Source: Congzhengia sp.
GTDB taxonomy: Bacteria > Bacillota > Clostridia > UBA1381 > UBA9506
Direction: 5' to 3'
Length of the DNA stretch: 64,000 nucleotides
NCBI GenBank assembly: GCA_045580665.1
Contig: JAZNOF010000009.1
Location: 1,971-65,970 of the forward strand
Every line of letters starts with the position of its first letter. The stretch's first letter is position 1. The position numbers were made by a program, and so were the translations under genes. The notes beneath the pieces were generated by a model. It saw only the letters and a list, made by a program, of their open reading frames with translations. It was not told where the DNA came from and ran no database searches. Below are positions 11,498 through 23,197 of the stretch, piece after piece.

Positions 11498-11919
11498 GCG
11501 GGTATTTAAGAACAGTAATTGCAGTTGTTATGTTTGTGTCGCTGATGAACGGGATACTTCCAAAGGAAAATGCAGGTAAATACGTATCATTCGTATCAGG
11601 ACTTATCATTACCGTAGTTTTACTTTCACCTATTTTCAGCATATTTAAAGATGAGAGTTTTTCTTTGTCGGGAATAGAAACTGAAATTTTAAATACTGAA
11701 GGAACAAATTATTTAATGGGAGAGTTTGAAAAAAATCTTGCCCAAAGAATTGAGAGTGAACTATCCGGAAAAACAAAGGTAACGGTATATTCAGAAACTA
11801 ACGAAAATGGTGAAATTACGGGAGTTGAAAAGGTGGAAATTTCGCCCTATACAGAAAAAATTGCAGATGAGATTTCAAACCTTTTGAGTATTGACAAAAG
11901 CAAGGTGGAGGAAAAGTAG
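11494..11919 (+). CDS. spoIIIAF: Stage III sporulation protein AF
   Basis: ATGA overlap with AE and GGAGG RBS place the start at 11494; LP...KYVSFVSGL motif. Confidence 0.88.
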   Translation: MSGYLRTVIAVVMFVSLMNGILPKENAGKYVSFVSGLIITVVLLSPIFSIFKDESFSLSGIETEILNTEGTNYLMGEFEKNLAQRIESELSGKTKVTVYSETNENGEITGVEKVEISPYTEKIADEISNLLSIDKSKVEEK

Positions 11920-12431
11920 TGAACTATAAGGAAGAAATAAAAAAATTTTTAGGACAAATCAAGAATACAAAACTGCTTGTCATCATATTTATATTAGGGA
12001 TAGTGCTTATGCTTCTTCCGACAGAAAAAGGAAAGAAGGATAAAGAGGTGATTGCGGGGGCAAGCTTCGGAACAGAGTATAAACAAAACATAGAAAAAGA
12101 GCTTGAAAAAACACTTTCACAGGTTAAGGATGCAGGGAGCGTTAAGGTTTTAATAAGCCTTGACGACAGTGGTGAAAGCTTTATAGCCGCAGATGAAAAG
12201 AATGAGGAAAAGGAAGACGAAAAAGCTTTGGAAAAAAGCTATATTTTAAAAAATGACGACGGGGGAGGTCAGTCGCCCGTCGTACTTAAGAAAAGTATGC
12301 CGAAGGTATCAGGCGTTTTAGTTATTGCTGAAGGGGCAGGGAATGAAAATATAAAAAATGAGTTAAGGCTTGCGGTAAAGGCGGTTTTAGGAGTTAAACC
12401 GCACAGAATTTATGTGCTTGCAAGAAAGTAA
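11919..12431 (+). CDS. spoIIIAG: Stage III sporulation protein AG
   Basis: LSQVKDAGSVKVLI, PKVSGVLVIAEGA, HRIYV. Confidence 0.92.
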   Translation: MNYKEEIKKFLGQIKNTKLLVIIFILGIVLMLLPTEKGKKDKEVIAGASFGTEYKQNIEKELEKTLSQVKDAGSVKVLISLDDSGESFIAADEKNEEKEDEKALEKSYILKNDDGGGQSPVVLKKSMPKVSGVLVIAEGAGNENIKNELRLAVKAVLGVKPHRIYVLARK

Positions 12432-12466
12432 TTTAAAGCCGGAATTGCGGCAGAAAGGTAAGGGTT

Positions 12467-13123
12467 ATGAATTTAGTAAAGTCAAAAAGAGGAGAACGAA
12501 AAAATTTTATAAGAAATACGGAAAATAACAGAAAAAATAAAATGCTTGTTATAAGAAAAAGACAGGTTGCGGCGGTTTCTTTAATACTTTTAATCGGTAT
12601 AGCCGGCTACCTTAATATGATGATTCGAAACGGCGAGGCAGACCCCGATATTTCGGTTATGTATAACGAGGCATCGAAACGGCTTGGTGAAGCAAAAATG
12701 GTAAATTCTACCGAAAAATCTGAAGAGCCGTCTGAAAACGGAGAAAAGAATAATACAAAAGCAGTTTCAGACAACTATTTCACAAATGCAAAGCTTGAGC
12801 GTGAAACAAAAAGAAGTGAATCAATCGAAATGCTTGCTGAAATCTTGAATTCACAGGGAGCCGACAAAGAGTCTAAGGAGAATGCGCAAAAACAAATAGA
12901 GCAGTTATCTAAATTCACAGAATGCGAAGTTTCGGCAGAAAATATGATTAAAGCAAAAGGGTATGGTGAATGCATTGTGTTTATGGGCGAAAATGTGACA
13001 TCTGTTGCAGTAAGCACCAACGGACTTAACGAAGTAGACGCGGCAGTTATATGTGACCTTATCGCACAAACAGGAGCAGTTTCTGCATCTTCTGTTAAGA
13101 TTGTTGAGATAAAACCCGAATAA
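12467..13123 (+). CDS. spoIIIAH: Stage III sporulation protein AH (start may be 12542)
   Basis: TM segment with AGYLN, YFTNAKLERE..RS, ENMIKAKGY; last gene of the operon. Confidence 0.9.
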   Translation: MNLVKSKRGERKNFIRNTENNRKNKMLVIRKRQVAAVSLILLIGIAGYLNMMIRNGEADPDISVMYNEASKRLGEAKMVNSTEKSEEPSENGEKNNTKAVSDNYFTNAKLERETKRSESIEMLAEILNSQGADKESKENAQKQIEQLSKFTECEVSAENMIKAKGYGECIVFMGENVTSVAVSTNGLNEVDAAVICDLIAQTGAVSASSVKIVEIKPE

Positions 13124-13136
13124 GTTTAAAAAACTG

Positions 13137-13165
13137 TTGTAATTTTTAAAAAAAGGTGATATAAT
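13137..13165 (+). promoter_or_regulatory. Sigma-A promoter of asp23-like gene
   Basis: TTGTAA-17 bp-TATAAT with TGn extension. Confidence 0.6.
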
Positions 13166-13212
13166 AAAAACAGTTATATTGGCATTGACATTATACTAAG
13201 GAGGTAACTCAT

Positions 13213-13635
13213 ATGTCCGAAAAAGACATTATTTTAGAAACTCAGGAAAATTCAGGTGAAATTAAAATATCAAACGACGTAATAACATCTATCGCGGCTC
13301 AGGCGCTTGCTGAAATAAAAGGCGTTCAGATTGCTTTGTCTGCAGCTGAAGGTATAGTTGATAAACTTGTTAAGAAAAATTCTCAACGTGGCGTTAAAAT
13401 ATATCTTGATGAGACAACGAAAAATGCAGATGTTGATGTTCATATTGTAATCGCTTACGGTGTGAATATTCCCGAAATTTCATGGAAGGTTCAGGAGTCT
13501 GTTAAGAAAAACGTTGAATCTATGACAGATATTACAGTTAATAAAGTAAACGTTTTTGTTGATAATGTAACTATTGAAAAAGAACCTAAACCTCAGAAAC
13601 CTAAAAAGGTTAAAGAAGAAAAAATCGACGAATAA
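13213..13635 (+). CDS. Asp23/Gls24 family envelope stress protein
   Basis: GEIKISNDVI..IA, YGVNIPE..VQ..VK..VESMT; typical neighbour of spoIIIAH. Confidence 0.9.
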   Translation: MSEKDIILETQENSGEIKISNDVITSIAAQALAEIKGVQIALSAAEGIVDKLVKKNSQRGVKIYLDETTKNADVDVHIVIAYGVNIPEISWKVQESVKKNVESMTDITVNKVNVFVDNVTIEKEPKPQKPKKVKEEKIDE

Positions 13636-13641
13636 AAGAAA

Positions 13642-13676
13642 AACGGGGCTTGGTTTAAAACAAGCTCCGTTCTTTT
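13642..13676 (+). terminator. Rho-independent terminator
   Basis: aacggggcttg...caagctccgtt stem followed by ctttt. Confidence 0.55.
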
Positions 13677-13689
13677 ACATAGGAAGGAA

Positions 13690-14484
13690 ATGAGTATGAA
13701 AGTAGGATTTATCGGCGGCGGAAATATGGCATGCGCAATCGTAAATGGTATAATATCTTCAGGTCTTTGTAAAAAAGAGTCGATTGTAGTTTGCGATGCA
13801 AATGGTACGGCTTTAGAAAAATATAAAGAAATAAAGACGAGCACAAACAACAAAGATGCTTTGTCATGTGATTATATAGTTTTGGCAGTTAAGCCTCAGA
13901 TTATGCCTGTGGTTTTAAGTGAACTTGCGTCTTTTGATATCAAAGATAAGGTTTTTGTTTCAATAGCGGCGGGAATTTCTGTAGAAACTATAAAAAATTC
14001 ATTAGGTAAAAACGCTAAGGTTTCCCGTGTTATGCCCAACACACCTGCTTTGGTTTTAGAGGGTATGACTGTGGTTTCGGAAAATGACGGATGTCTTTCG
14101 GATGAAGAATTCAAAGGCGTTTTAGGCATTTTCAACTCAGTAGGAAAAACTGAGGTTCTTCCTGAAAGCTTTATAAACACAGTAACAGGCATTTCAGGAA
14201 GCAGTCCGGCGTACGTTTATATGATGATTGAGGCAATGGGCGATAGCGGCGTGCGTGACGGCTTACCGAGGGATACAGCGTATCGCCTGGCAGCCCAAGC
14301 TGTTTTAGGCTCTGCCAAAATGGTGTTGAAAAGCGGAAAACACCCCGGCGAACTTAAAGATATGGTATGCTCACCAAAGGGAACAACTATTGAGGCGGTT
14401 GCAGAACTTGAAAAGCGAGGATTCAGAACGGCACTTATTGAGGCAATTAAGAAATGTAATGATAAAGCGAATAAATTAGGCTAA
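13690..14484 (+). CDS. proC: Pyrroline-5-carboxylate reductase
   Basis: GFIGGGNM, LAVKPQ, RVMPNTP, SGSSPAY, CSPKGTT. Confidence 0.96.
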   Translation: MSMKVGFIGGGNMACAIVNGIISSGLCKKESIVVCDANGTALEKYKEIKTSTNNKDALSCDYIVLAVKPQIMPVVLSELASFDIKDKVFVSIAAGISVETIKNSLGKNAKVSRVMPNTPALVLEGMTVVSENDGCLSDEEFKGVLGIFNSVGKTEVLPESFINTVTGISGSSPAYVYMMIEAMGDSGVRDGLPRDTAYRLAAQAVLGSAKMVLKSGKHPGELKDMVCSPKGTTIEAVAELEKRGFRTALIEAIKKCNDKANKLG

Positions 14485-14514
14485 AAAAAGATGCACCATA
14501 CGGTGCATCTTTTT
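14483..14514. terminator. Bidirectional terminator
   Basis: aaaaaagatgcacc-atac-ggtgcatcttttt between convergent genes. Confidence 0.8.
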
Positions 14515-14914
14515 AGTTAGCATTAACAATCGTTATCTCATCCGCATACCTTACAAGATTCTGCGTGTGATACATAATCGTGATAAGCGTACCTCTCATA
14601 AGCATTAAATTGTCTTCATCTTTATTAAAAATTTCAATCTGTTTTTTTGCCGAGGGCGAAATGCGGAATTCTTCTTCTTTTCCGTCTATAACAATCTTTA
14701 AAAAGTCGTCGCCTAAAACGGATAAACCTCCTGTTGCCGCAGTCTGTCCGTTAATGGTACGGAAAGCACCTGAATAGTCTGAAATATTAGGATTCGGAGT
14801 TGCCACGGGAAGAGGAGTAACGGTAGGACGAGCATCCTCGTCTTTTTTACAGCCTGCGAAAGTTCCTATAGAAATGGCTAAGATAAGTCCCGCAATAAGT
14901 ACTTTATTTTTCAT
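14513..14914 (-). CDS. Hypothetical lipoprotein
   Basis: Signal peptide with lipobox FAG-C, Pro/Thr linker PTVTPLPVATP. Confidence 0.8.
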   Translation of the reverse strand: MKNKVLIAGLILAISIGTFAGCKKDEDARPTVTPLPVATPNPNISDYSGAFRTINGQTAATGGLSVLGDDFLKIVIDGKEEEFRISPSAKKQIEIFNKDEDNLMLMRGTLITIMYHTQNLVRYADEITIVNAN

Positions 14915-14926
14915 TTTGTTACCTCA

Positions 14927-15451
14927 CTAAAATTTTATTTTTTTTCTTACTATATTAATATAATACGAAGCCATAAGGCTCAAAAGATAGTCATAAAATA
15001 TAAAAACAAGCTCTAAGATTGCAACCACTATAACTAAATGGGATAAAACATAGTCGAAAATTGGCCCAAAGCTTACATATTGCAGAAGAAAGTACTTCAC
15101 AATAAAATACAAACAAATAAGCATCGCATTAAAATAGAATATTTTAACAACCCATTCAAGCCATAAATTGTTGAGCTTTTCAATGTGGCTTTTAACGATT
15201 GGGTAGTAGCCGATAAAAACAATAAACAGAACAATCTGAAATTTTGTTGGTACAAGCAAAAGTCCAATGAGCGCTGATGCCACATATTGAATCAGGGAAA
15301 AACGTGTTCCACATTCTGCCTGAGTTACCAAAACACAAAGTGAGGTTAAAGCCAAAAGTGCAATTTTTCCCGTAGGGAGTATTGTAGAGCCATAAAGGCA
15401 CACAATGGTCAAAGCAGTTAAAACCGATGCAAACGATAGTTTACGCGTCAT
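14927..15451 (-). CDS. Hypothetical integral membrane protein (about 5 TM segments)
   Basis: Hydrophobic throughout, GYYPIVK motif, AGGAG RBS; co-oriented in the operon. Confidence 0.8.
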   Translation of the reverse strand: MTRKLSFASVLTALTIVCLYGSTILPTGKIALLALTSLCVLVTQAECGTRFSLIQYVASALIGLLLVPTKFQIVLFIVFIGYYPIVKSHIEKLNNLWLEWVVKIFYFNAMLICLYFIVKYFLLQYVSFGPIFDYVLSHLVIVVAILELVFIFYDYLLSLMASYYINIVRKKIKF

Positions 15452-15464
15452 AAAAAGCTCCTTT

Positions 15465-16046
15465 TTAGCAGCAGGGAACTAAGTCCCCACCCATACATTC
15501 ACAGCAACAGTCAGCGCACAACAAATTTGAGCAACAGTTGCACATTTGATCTGAATTTGACATCATACCGCCACCAACATCTCTGTATTGCATACGTTGG
15601 GATTCTATGGCAGAAAGGGTTCTTCTGTATTCTGAGTTATATGGGTCCATATTAACAGCTTGGCGAAGAAAATTCACACCTTGCTCGTGCCAGCCCCGTC
15701 TTATATAAATAAGCCCTTTTAAATAAAACCATTCTGCATTTCTGTCGGATGCGTTATCTAAAATTCTTTCGGCTTCATCTAACGAATTCATATTTATCAA
15801 GTTTCTCACCTGAGCAAACATTCCTGCACCTGAAGAAGAGCCTGACTGATTATACCCGCTGTTTGCACCAGTCAGGGTTTCGTAAGCTTCGTTAATTTCT
15901 TTGAATTTTTCAGAAGCTAAGTCAGCTAAAGGGTTTCCAATGTATTTGTCAGGATGATACTGTTTTGCAAGCTTTCTGTAAGCTGATTTTATTTCATCCT
16001 GCGTAGCGTTTTTAGAAACGCCTAAAACTTCGTAAGGGTCACGCAT
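15465..16046 (-). CDS. J-domain protein with TPR-like segment and Cys-rich C-terminus
   Basis: DPYEVLGV...YHPDKY J domain with intact HPD; [19 protein letters not shown]-like; tail [25 protein letters not shown]. Confidence 0.88.
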   Translation of the reverse strand: MRDPYEVLGVSKNATQDEIKSAYRKLAKQYHPDKYIGNPLADLASEKFKEINEAYETLTGANSGYNQSGSSSGAGMFAQVRNLINMNSLDEAERILDNASDRNAEWFYLKGLIYIRRGWHEQGVNFLRQAVNMDPYNSEYRRTLSAIESQRMQYRDVGGGMMSNSDQMCNCCSNLLCADCCCECMGGDLVPCC

Positions 16047-16884
16047 TTTTTCTTTCTCCTTTTTTGTCTAAAACATTATCGAGCTTTGTTTTAAGACCTA
16101 AGTAAATTATATTATCTAAAATAGATTTGTTGATTTTTAAATCAATCAGTTCATAACTGCTTGAAATACTGCTCAACGCAAGAGTTAAATTTTCGTGGAC
16201 AGTTTCCTTGTCGGGCGGTAATTCACACATAAGATACGGATTGAACCGATTTTTCTTTTTGTCTTCTTCTAAATCGTCAAAAGCATCTAAAATATAAATA
16301 AATCTTCCAAGCATATATCCTATATGTGCTAAAATTCTTTTTGTGTTTTCGTCATTTATAAAATCGGGCACAAATAAAAAACTCATTAAAGATGAAAACT
16401 CGTTTGACAACTTATCAGGAATACTACATTTGTCCTTTTCGAGAGCAGACAGTGCTCTCATATACTTTTTGCTTTCGTTATATAGTTCCTTATAATTTTT
16501 TGAAATTTTGCACTTTGCGCCGAAAAGGGAAATGTATGCAAAAAGAGCCTTTGCACTTTTTTCGTCGCGGATATCATCTTCAAGTTTTAAAAGAGCCAAA
16601 ATCACCATAACTGCCGCTGAATATGAAAGGCTTTCGTTTGTTTTCTGAATGACCTTTTTTGAAAAAGGGTTTGCTATGCACCTTTCTTTTCTGCAACTGT
16701 ATTGTTCTTCGTGAACCGAGGAAAGCAAAAGCGCTAAAAAAACGGAATCGTAGTTTAATGCAAGGCGCGAAAAAAATCCGTATTCCTTTTTTAAAGTTTT
16801 GCAAAGTCCGCAGTAGTATGAACGGAAAATATTGTATTCTTTAATTTTAAGCTCATCTTTTAAAGGCTCAACATAACCAAACAT
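16039..16884 (-). CDS. DUF5685-like protein with two Asp-rich motifs
   Basis: [46 protein letters not shown]; overlaps the J-domain gene by 8 bp. Confidence 0.8.
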   Translation of the reverse strand: MFGYVEPLKDELKIKEYNIFRSYYCGLCKTLKKEYGFFSRLALNYDSVFLALLLSSVHEEQYSCRKERCIANPFSKKVIQKTNESLSYSAAVMVILALLKLEDDIRDEKSAKALFAYISLFGAKCKISKNYKELYNESKKYMRALSALEKDKCSIPDKLSNEFSSLMSFLFVPDFINDENTKRILAHIGYMLGRFIYILDAFDDLEEDKKKNRFNPYLMCELPPDKETVHENLTLALSSISSSYELIDLKINKSILDNIIYLGLKTKLDNVLDKKGERKNA

Positions 16885-16929
16885 TTGTCACCCGCTAATA
16901 TATTTTTATTTTTATCACATACTAAAAAT

Positions 16930-16958
16930 AGTATAACACAATTTCCCATAAAAATCAA
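16930..16958 (-). promoter_or_regulatory. Sigma-A promoter of the DUF5685/J-domain operon
   Basis: Minus strand TTGATT-17 bp-TATACT with TGn extension. Confidence 0.65.
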
Positions 16959-16963
16959 CCGAT

Positions 16964-17048
16964 AAAAGGGGTGAAGCCTGTGAGTTATCACAGGCTTCGG
17001 GGGATTATTATGAAAATTAGAGATTTTAGCCGGAATTTCTTCCGACAC
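16964..17048 (-). ncRNA. Putative small regulatory RNA (~85 nt)
   Basis: Extended -10 upstream, 5' hairpin GUCGGAA-GAAA-UUCCGGC, single-stranded UUUUCAUAAUAAUCCCCC, perfect 11-bp 3' hairpin followed by ACCCCUUUU. Confidence 0.55.
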
Positions 17049-17052
17049 CTAA

Positions 17053-17085
17053 AATATAACACTAATTTATGAACCAGATATGAAC
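17053..17085 (-). promoter_or_regulatory. OmpR-type direct repeat plus extended -10 for the putative sRNA
   Basis: GTTCATA-N4-GTTCATA (11-bp period; + strand tatgaac at 17068-17074 and 17079-17085), 9 bp upstream of TATATT, with TGn extension. Confidence 0.55.
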
Positions 17086-17167
17086 TTAAAGTAAATTTAT
17101 TTTTAAACTGCATAAATTCTAAAAGAAATTTCTTTAAAAGTTTGATAAAAATTTATCTATATTATAC

Positions 17168-17196
17168 TTGAATTTAACTAAAAAATATACTATAAT
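17168..17196 (+). promoter_or_regulatory. Sigma-A promoter of the pgk operon
   Basis: TTGAAT-17 bp-TATAAT. Confidence 0.7.
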
Positions 17197-17249
17197 ATAT
17201 ATTGTATATTTATGAATAGATATAAAATTTTTTAAGAGGTGGAAAAAGT

Positions 17250-18428
17250 ATGAAATTAACAGTTGAAGACATCCAGGTAAAAGGAAAGAGAGTTTTGGTA
17301 AGATGCGATTTTAACGTGCCATTAAACGACAAGTTCGAAATTACCGACGACAACAGAATTGTTGGCGCTCTTCCCACAATCAAGTATTTAATCGATCAGG
17401 GTGCAAAGGTTATTCTTTGCTCACATATGGGTAAACCAAAGGGCGAGCCTAAGCCTGAACTTTCACTTGCTCCCGTAGCTAAGAGCTTATCAGAAAAATT
17501 AGGTAAAGAAGTTGTTTTTGCAGCTGACGATAACGTTGTTGGCGAAAACGCAAAAAAAGCTGTTGCAGAAATGAACGAAGGTGATGTTGTTCTTTTACAG
17601 AACACACGTTACAGAGCTGAAGAAACAAAGAATGTTGATACATTCTCACAAGAGCTTGCATCACTTGCTGATGTATTCGTTGGCGATGCTTTCGGTACAG
17701 CTCACCGTGCTCACTGCTCAAATGTTGGTGTTACAAAATACGTTGAAACATCTGCTGCAGGCTACCTCATCGGTAAAGAAATCGAGTTTTTAGGAAACGC
17801 AGTTAATTCACCTGTTCGTCCCTTAGTTGCAATTTTAGGTGGATCTAAAGTTTCTTCTAAAATTTCAGTTATTGAAAACCTTTTAAAGAAAGTTGATAAG
17901 CTTATAATCGGCGGCGGTATGGCTTACACATTTTTTGCAGCACAGGGCAAAACAACAGGAACATCACTCTTAGAGCCTGACTACATTGACTATGCTAAAA
18001 AGATGCTCGACGAAGCGGGCGACAAGATTTTACTTCCTATTGACACAGTTGTTGCAAAAGAATTTAATAACGATGCAGAGTCAATGGTAGTTGAAGGAGA
18101 TATTCCTGAAGGTTATATGGGATTGGATATCGGTCCTAAATCTATTGAACTTTTCTCAAAAGCTTTAGCTGATGCAAAAACAGTTGTATGGAACGGACCT
18201 ATGGGCGTATTTGAAATGCCTAACTTTGCAAAAGGAACAAATGCTATCGCAAAAGTTTTAGCAGATTTAGATGCTACAACAGTTATCGGCGGCGGCGACT
18301 CTGTTGCTGCTGTTAATCAGGCAGGCTTGGGTGACAAAATGAGCCACATTTCAACAGGCGGCGGCGCTTCTATGGAATACTTGGAAGGTAAAGTCCTCCC
18401 CGGTATCGATGCTTTAACAGACAAATAA
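17250..18428 (+). CDS. pgk: Phosphoglycerate kinase
   Basis: [33 protein letters not shown]. Confidence 0.98.
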   Translation: MKLTVEDIQVKGKRVLVRCDFNVPLNDKFEITDDNRIVGALPTIKYLIDQGAKVILCSHMGKPKGEPKPELSLAPVAKSLSEKLGKEVVFAADDNVVGENAKKAVAEMNEGDVVLLQNTRYRAEETKNVDTFSQELASLADVFVGDAFGTAHRAHCSNVGVTKYVETSAAGYLIGKEIEFLGNAVNSPVRPLVAILGGSKVSSKISVIENLLKKVDKLIIGGGMAYTFFAAQGKTTGTSLLEPDYIDYAKKMLDEAGDKILLPIDTVVAKEFNNDAESMVVEGDIPEGYMGLDIGPKSIELFSKALADAKTVVWNGPMGVFEMPNFAKGTNAIAKVLADLDATTVIGGGDSVAAVNQAGLGDKMSHISTGGGASMEYLEGKVLPGIDALTDK

Positions 18429-18451
18429 GATTTGACAAGGAGAATTTTAAA

Positions 18452-19201
18452 ATGGGAAAATATATAATTGCAGGTAACTGGAAGATGAACAAGCTTCCTT
18501 CAGAAACCTATGATTTCGTTAAAGAGATTGCTGAAAGAAACGCAAACGCTCCCTGCGAGGTTGTTTGCTGCACACCTTATGTTTGCTTAGCTGAGGCTCT
18601 TCGTGCCGCTCAAGGAACAAACGTTAAGATCGGTGCTGAAAACTTACACTTTGAAGATAAAGGCGCATTCACAGGCGAAGTTTCTGCTGATATGCTTTTA
18701 GATTTAGGTGTTCAGTATGTTATCATCGGTCACTCAGAAAGAAGACAGTATTTTGCAGAAACCGATGAAACAGTTAACTTAAAAACCAAAAAGGCTTTAG
18801 AAAAAGGTCTTATTCCTATCGTTTGCGTTGGTGAAAGCTTAGAAGAAAGAGAAGCCGGCGTTACAATGGACTTAATTGCTGCTCAGGTTAAAAAAGCATT
18901 TTTAGGAATTGATGCAAAAGATGCTGAAAAAGTAGTTGTTGCATACGAACCTATCTGGGCAATCGGAACAGGCAAAACTGCAACGAGCGACCAGGCAGAA
19001 GAAGTTTGCGGCGGTATCCGTGCTATATTAGAAGGTCTTTACAATGCTGAAACTGCTAAAGCTGTTACAATTCAGTACGGCGGAAGTATGAATGCAGGTA
19101 ATGCTAAAGAGCTTTTAGATAAACCGAACATTGACGGTGGTTTAATCGGCGGCGCATCACTTAAAGCTGACGACTTTACAACAATCTGTAACTGGAAATA
19201 A
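18452..19201 (+). CDS. tpiA: Triosephosphate isomerase
   Basis: AGNWKM, GHSERR, AYEPIWAIGTG, YGGS. Confidence 0.98.
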   Translation: MGKYIIAGNWKMNKLPSETYDFVKEIAERNANAPCEVVCCTPYVCLAEALRAAQGTNVKIGAENLHFEDKGAFTGEVSADMLLDLGVQYVIIGHSERRQYFAETDETVNLKTKKALEKGLIPIVCVGESLEEREAGVTMDLIAAQVKKAFLGIDAKDAEKVVVAYEPIWAIGTGKTATSDQAEEVCGGIRAILEGLYNAETAKAVTIQYGGSMNAGNAKELLDKPNIDGGLIGGASLKADDFTTICNWK

Positions 19202-19264
19202 ATAAACTTTTGAGGCTGCGATTTTCGCAGCCTCTTTGAAAGAAAACAAAAGGATGGAAAAACA

Positions 19265-20794
19265 ATGAAAAAACCTTTATTACTTTGTATTATGGACGGG
19301 TTTGGCATAAACTCTGCAGATGAGGGAAATGCTATCAAAATGGCAAAAACCCCGAATTTAGATAACCTCTTTGCAAATTACCCTAACACAACCTTAGAAG
19401 CAAGCGGAATGAGTGTTGGTCTTCCTGAGGGACAGATGGGCAACTCTGAAGTCGGACACACAAACATCGGCGCAGGAAGAATTGTTTATCAGGAATTAAC
19501 CCGTATAACAAAATCAATCAAAGACGGCGACTTTTTTGAAAATGAGGCGTTTTTGGCGGCAGTTGAAAACTGCAAAAAAAACGAAAGCTCACTTCATATT
19601 ATGGGCTTAATGTCAGACGGCGGTGTTCACAGTCACAACACACACATCTATGCGATTGCTGAAATGGCAAAACGCTTAGGTCTTTCAAAGATTTTTGTTC
19701 ACTGTTTCTTAGACGGACGTGACGTTCCCCCTTCATCAGGTAAGGACTTTGTTGCTGAAATGGATGCAGAGCTTAAAAAACTTGGCGTTGGCAAAATCGC
19801 AACAGTTATGGGAAGATACTACGCTATGGACCGCGACAATCGTTGGGAAAGAGTTGAAAAGGCTTATGATGCTATGGTAAAAGGCGAGGGCGAAAAAGAA
19901 GTTTGCCCCGTTTCTGCAGTAGCAAAATCTTATGAAAACGATGTAACAGACGAGTTTGTTCTTCCTACAGTAATCACGGAAAACGGCGATGCAGTAGGAA
20001 AAATCTCTGAAAACGATAGTATCATTTTTGCAAACTTCAGACCTGACAGAGCGCGTCAGATTACAAGAGTTTTTGCAGACCCCGATTTTGACGGCTTTAA
20101 AAGAGATTATTTCCCTGTATACTTTGTTTGTATGACACAGTATGATAAAACAATGCCTAACGTAAACGTTGCATTTAAACCTCAGGAGCTTGTTAACACA
20201 CTTGGCGAATACCTTAGCAAAAAAGGTCTTTCTCAGCTCAGAATCGCTGAAACCGAAAAATATGCTCACGTTACATTCTTCTTTAATGGCGGTGTTGAAA
20301 AGGTTTCAGAGGGCGAAGACAGAGCGTTAATTAACTCTCCCAAGGTTGCGACCTATGATTTACAGCCTGAAATGAGTGCTTTTGAAGTTACAGAAAAGCT
20401 TTTAGAAAAACTCGATGAAAATAAAACAGACGTTATTATTTTAAACTTTGCAAACTGCGATATGGTTGGTCACACAGGTATCATTGATGCGGCAATCAAA
20501 GCCGTTGAAACTGTTGATACCTGCGTTGGAAAGGTTGCTGACAAGGTTATGTCAATGGGTGGTGCAATGCTCGTTACTGCTGACCACGGAAATGCAGACC
20601 AGATGATTGACCCTGAAACAAAGGGAGCGTTCACTGCTCACACAACCTATCCTGTTCCCTTTATTGTAATGGGACTTGGTGATGTTAAACTTCGCGCGGG
20701 CGGTGTTTTAGCAGATATCGCACCTACAATGCTTGATATCTTGGGATTAGACAAACCCGTAGAAATGACAGGTACAAGTATTTTAGAAAAATAA
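19265..20794 (+). CDS. gpmI: 2,3-bisphosphoglycerate-independent phosphoglycerate mutase
   Basis: [42 protein letters not shown]. Confidence 0.98.
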   Translation: MKKPLLLCIMDGFGINSADEGNAIKMAKTPNLDNLFANYPNTTLEASGMSVGLPEGQMGNSEVGHTNIGAGRIVYQELTRITKSIKDGDFFENEAFLAAVENCKKNESSLHIMGLMSDGGVHSHNTHIYAIAEMAKRLGLSKIFVHCFLDGRDVPPSSGKDFVAEMDAELKKLGVGKIATVMGRYYAMDRDNRWERVEKAYDAMVKGEGEKEVCPVSAVAKSYENDVTDEFVLPTVITENGDAVGKISENDSIIFANFRPDRARQITRVFADPDFDGFKRDYFPVYFVCMTQYDKTMPNVNVAFKPQELVNTLGEYLSKKGLSQLRIAETEKYAHVTFFFNGGVEKVSEGEDRALINSPKVATYDLQPEMSAFEVTEKLLEKLDENKTDVIILNFANCDMVGHTGIIDAAIKAVETVDTCVGKVADKVMSMGGAMLVTADHGNADQMIDPETKGAFTAHTTYPVPFIVMGLGDVKLRAGGVLADIAPTMLDILGLDKPVEMTGTSILEK

Positions 20795-20818
20795 TTTCCA
20801 AAATATAATATTTTTATT

Positions 20819-22185
<1,367 letters not shown>

Positions 22186-22214
22186 AATAAATATAATGAT
22201 TTAGTATACCATCT

Positions 22215-22251
22215 AATAGGGAAGTTTTTCTAAACTTCTCTATTTTTTTTT
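22215..22251 (+). terminator. eno terminator
   Basis: aatagggaagttt-ttct-aaacttctctatt plus poly-T. Confidence 0.8.
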
Positions 22252-22314
22252 GTTTATTTGCCCGCGGCAGGCGTGACTTTTGCCGAAACAAAAGCTACCC
22301 GTCGGAGACATATT

Positions 22315-22351
22315 AAAAAAGAAAAAGGTAAGGAAAAAATCTCCTTACCTT
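22315..22351 (-). terminator. yebC terminator
   Basis: aaggtaagga...tccttacctt stem with minus-strand U tract. Confidence 0.7.
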
Positions 22352-22383
22352 GTGGTATCATATGCTAAATATCGTAATTGTTT

Positions 22384-23112
22384 TTATTCTTCCCAGTTGT
22401 GCCACACGTTCTGAACGTCATCGTTGTCTTCTAACATATCAATGAGTTTACCCATAAACAAAAGGTCTTTTTCGTCAGTTAAAGCAACTGTTGTCTGGGG
22501 AATCATTTCAACCTCTGCAGATGCAAAGCTGTATCCTTTTCCTTCTAATGCGTCACGAACTTCGCTGAAGTTTGCAGGGTCTGTTAAAATTTCAAAGCAA
22601 TCTTCGTTTGCAGTAAAGTCTTCTGCACCTGAATCGAGTGCGTCCATCATAACGGTGTCTTCATCTAATTCTTCCTCGGAGTTATCAATGATTAAAACAC
22701 CTTTTTTGTCGAACATAAAGCTTACACAGCCGTTCTGACCTAAATTTCCTCCGAATTTATCAAAGTAGTGACGAAGGTCGCCTGCGGTTCTGTTACGGTT
22801 GTCGGTTAAGGTTTCAACAATAACAGCAACACCATTGGGACCATAACCTTCGTATGTGATTTCTTCGTAGTTATCAGAGCCTAATTCTCCTGATGCTTTT
22901 TTGATGCATCTGTCGATATTATCGTTAGGCATATTGTTAGCTTTCGCTTTTGCGATAACGTCGCGGAGTTTTGAGTTTGACTCGGGGTCCGGGCCACCTG
23001 CTTTAACTATAACTGTTATTTCACGACCGAGCTTGGTGAAAATTTTGCCTTTTTTAGCATCGGATTTTTCTTTTTTGTGTTTAATGTTTGCCCATTTGGA
23101 ATGTCCTGACAT
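22384..23112 (-). CDS. YebC/PmpR family protein
   Basis: [14 protein letters not shown] start with [32 protein letters not shown]. Confidence 0.95.
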   Translation of the reverse strand: MSGHSKWANIKHKKEKSDAKKGKIFTKLGREITVIVKAGGPDPESNSKLRDVIAKAKANNMPNDNIDRCIKKASGELGSDNYEEITYEGYGPNGVAVIVETLTDNRNRTAGDLRHYFDKFGGNLGQNGCVSFMFDKKGVLIIDNSEEELDEDTVMMDALDSGAEDFTANEDCFEILTDPANFSEVRDALEGKGYSFASAEVEMIPQTTVALTDEKDLLFMGKLIDMLEDNDDVQNVWHNWEE

Positions 23113-23197
23113 AGTTTTTATCTCTCCTAATTTGTATTTTGTATAAAATTTAATTTTAAACGTAAAATAAATAAAAATAACCTGAAAGGAAATTTTT

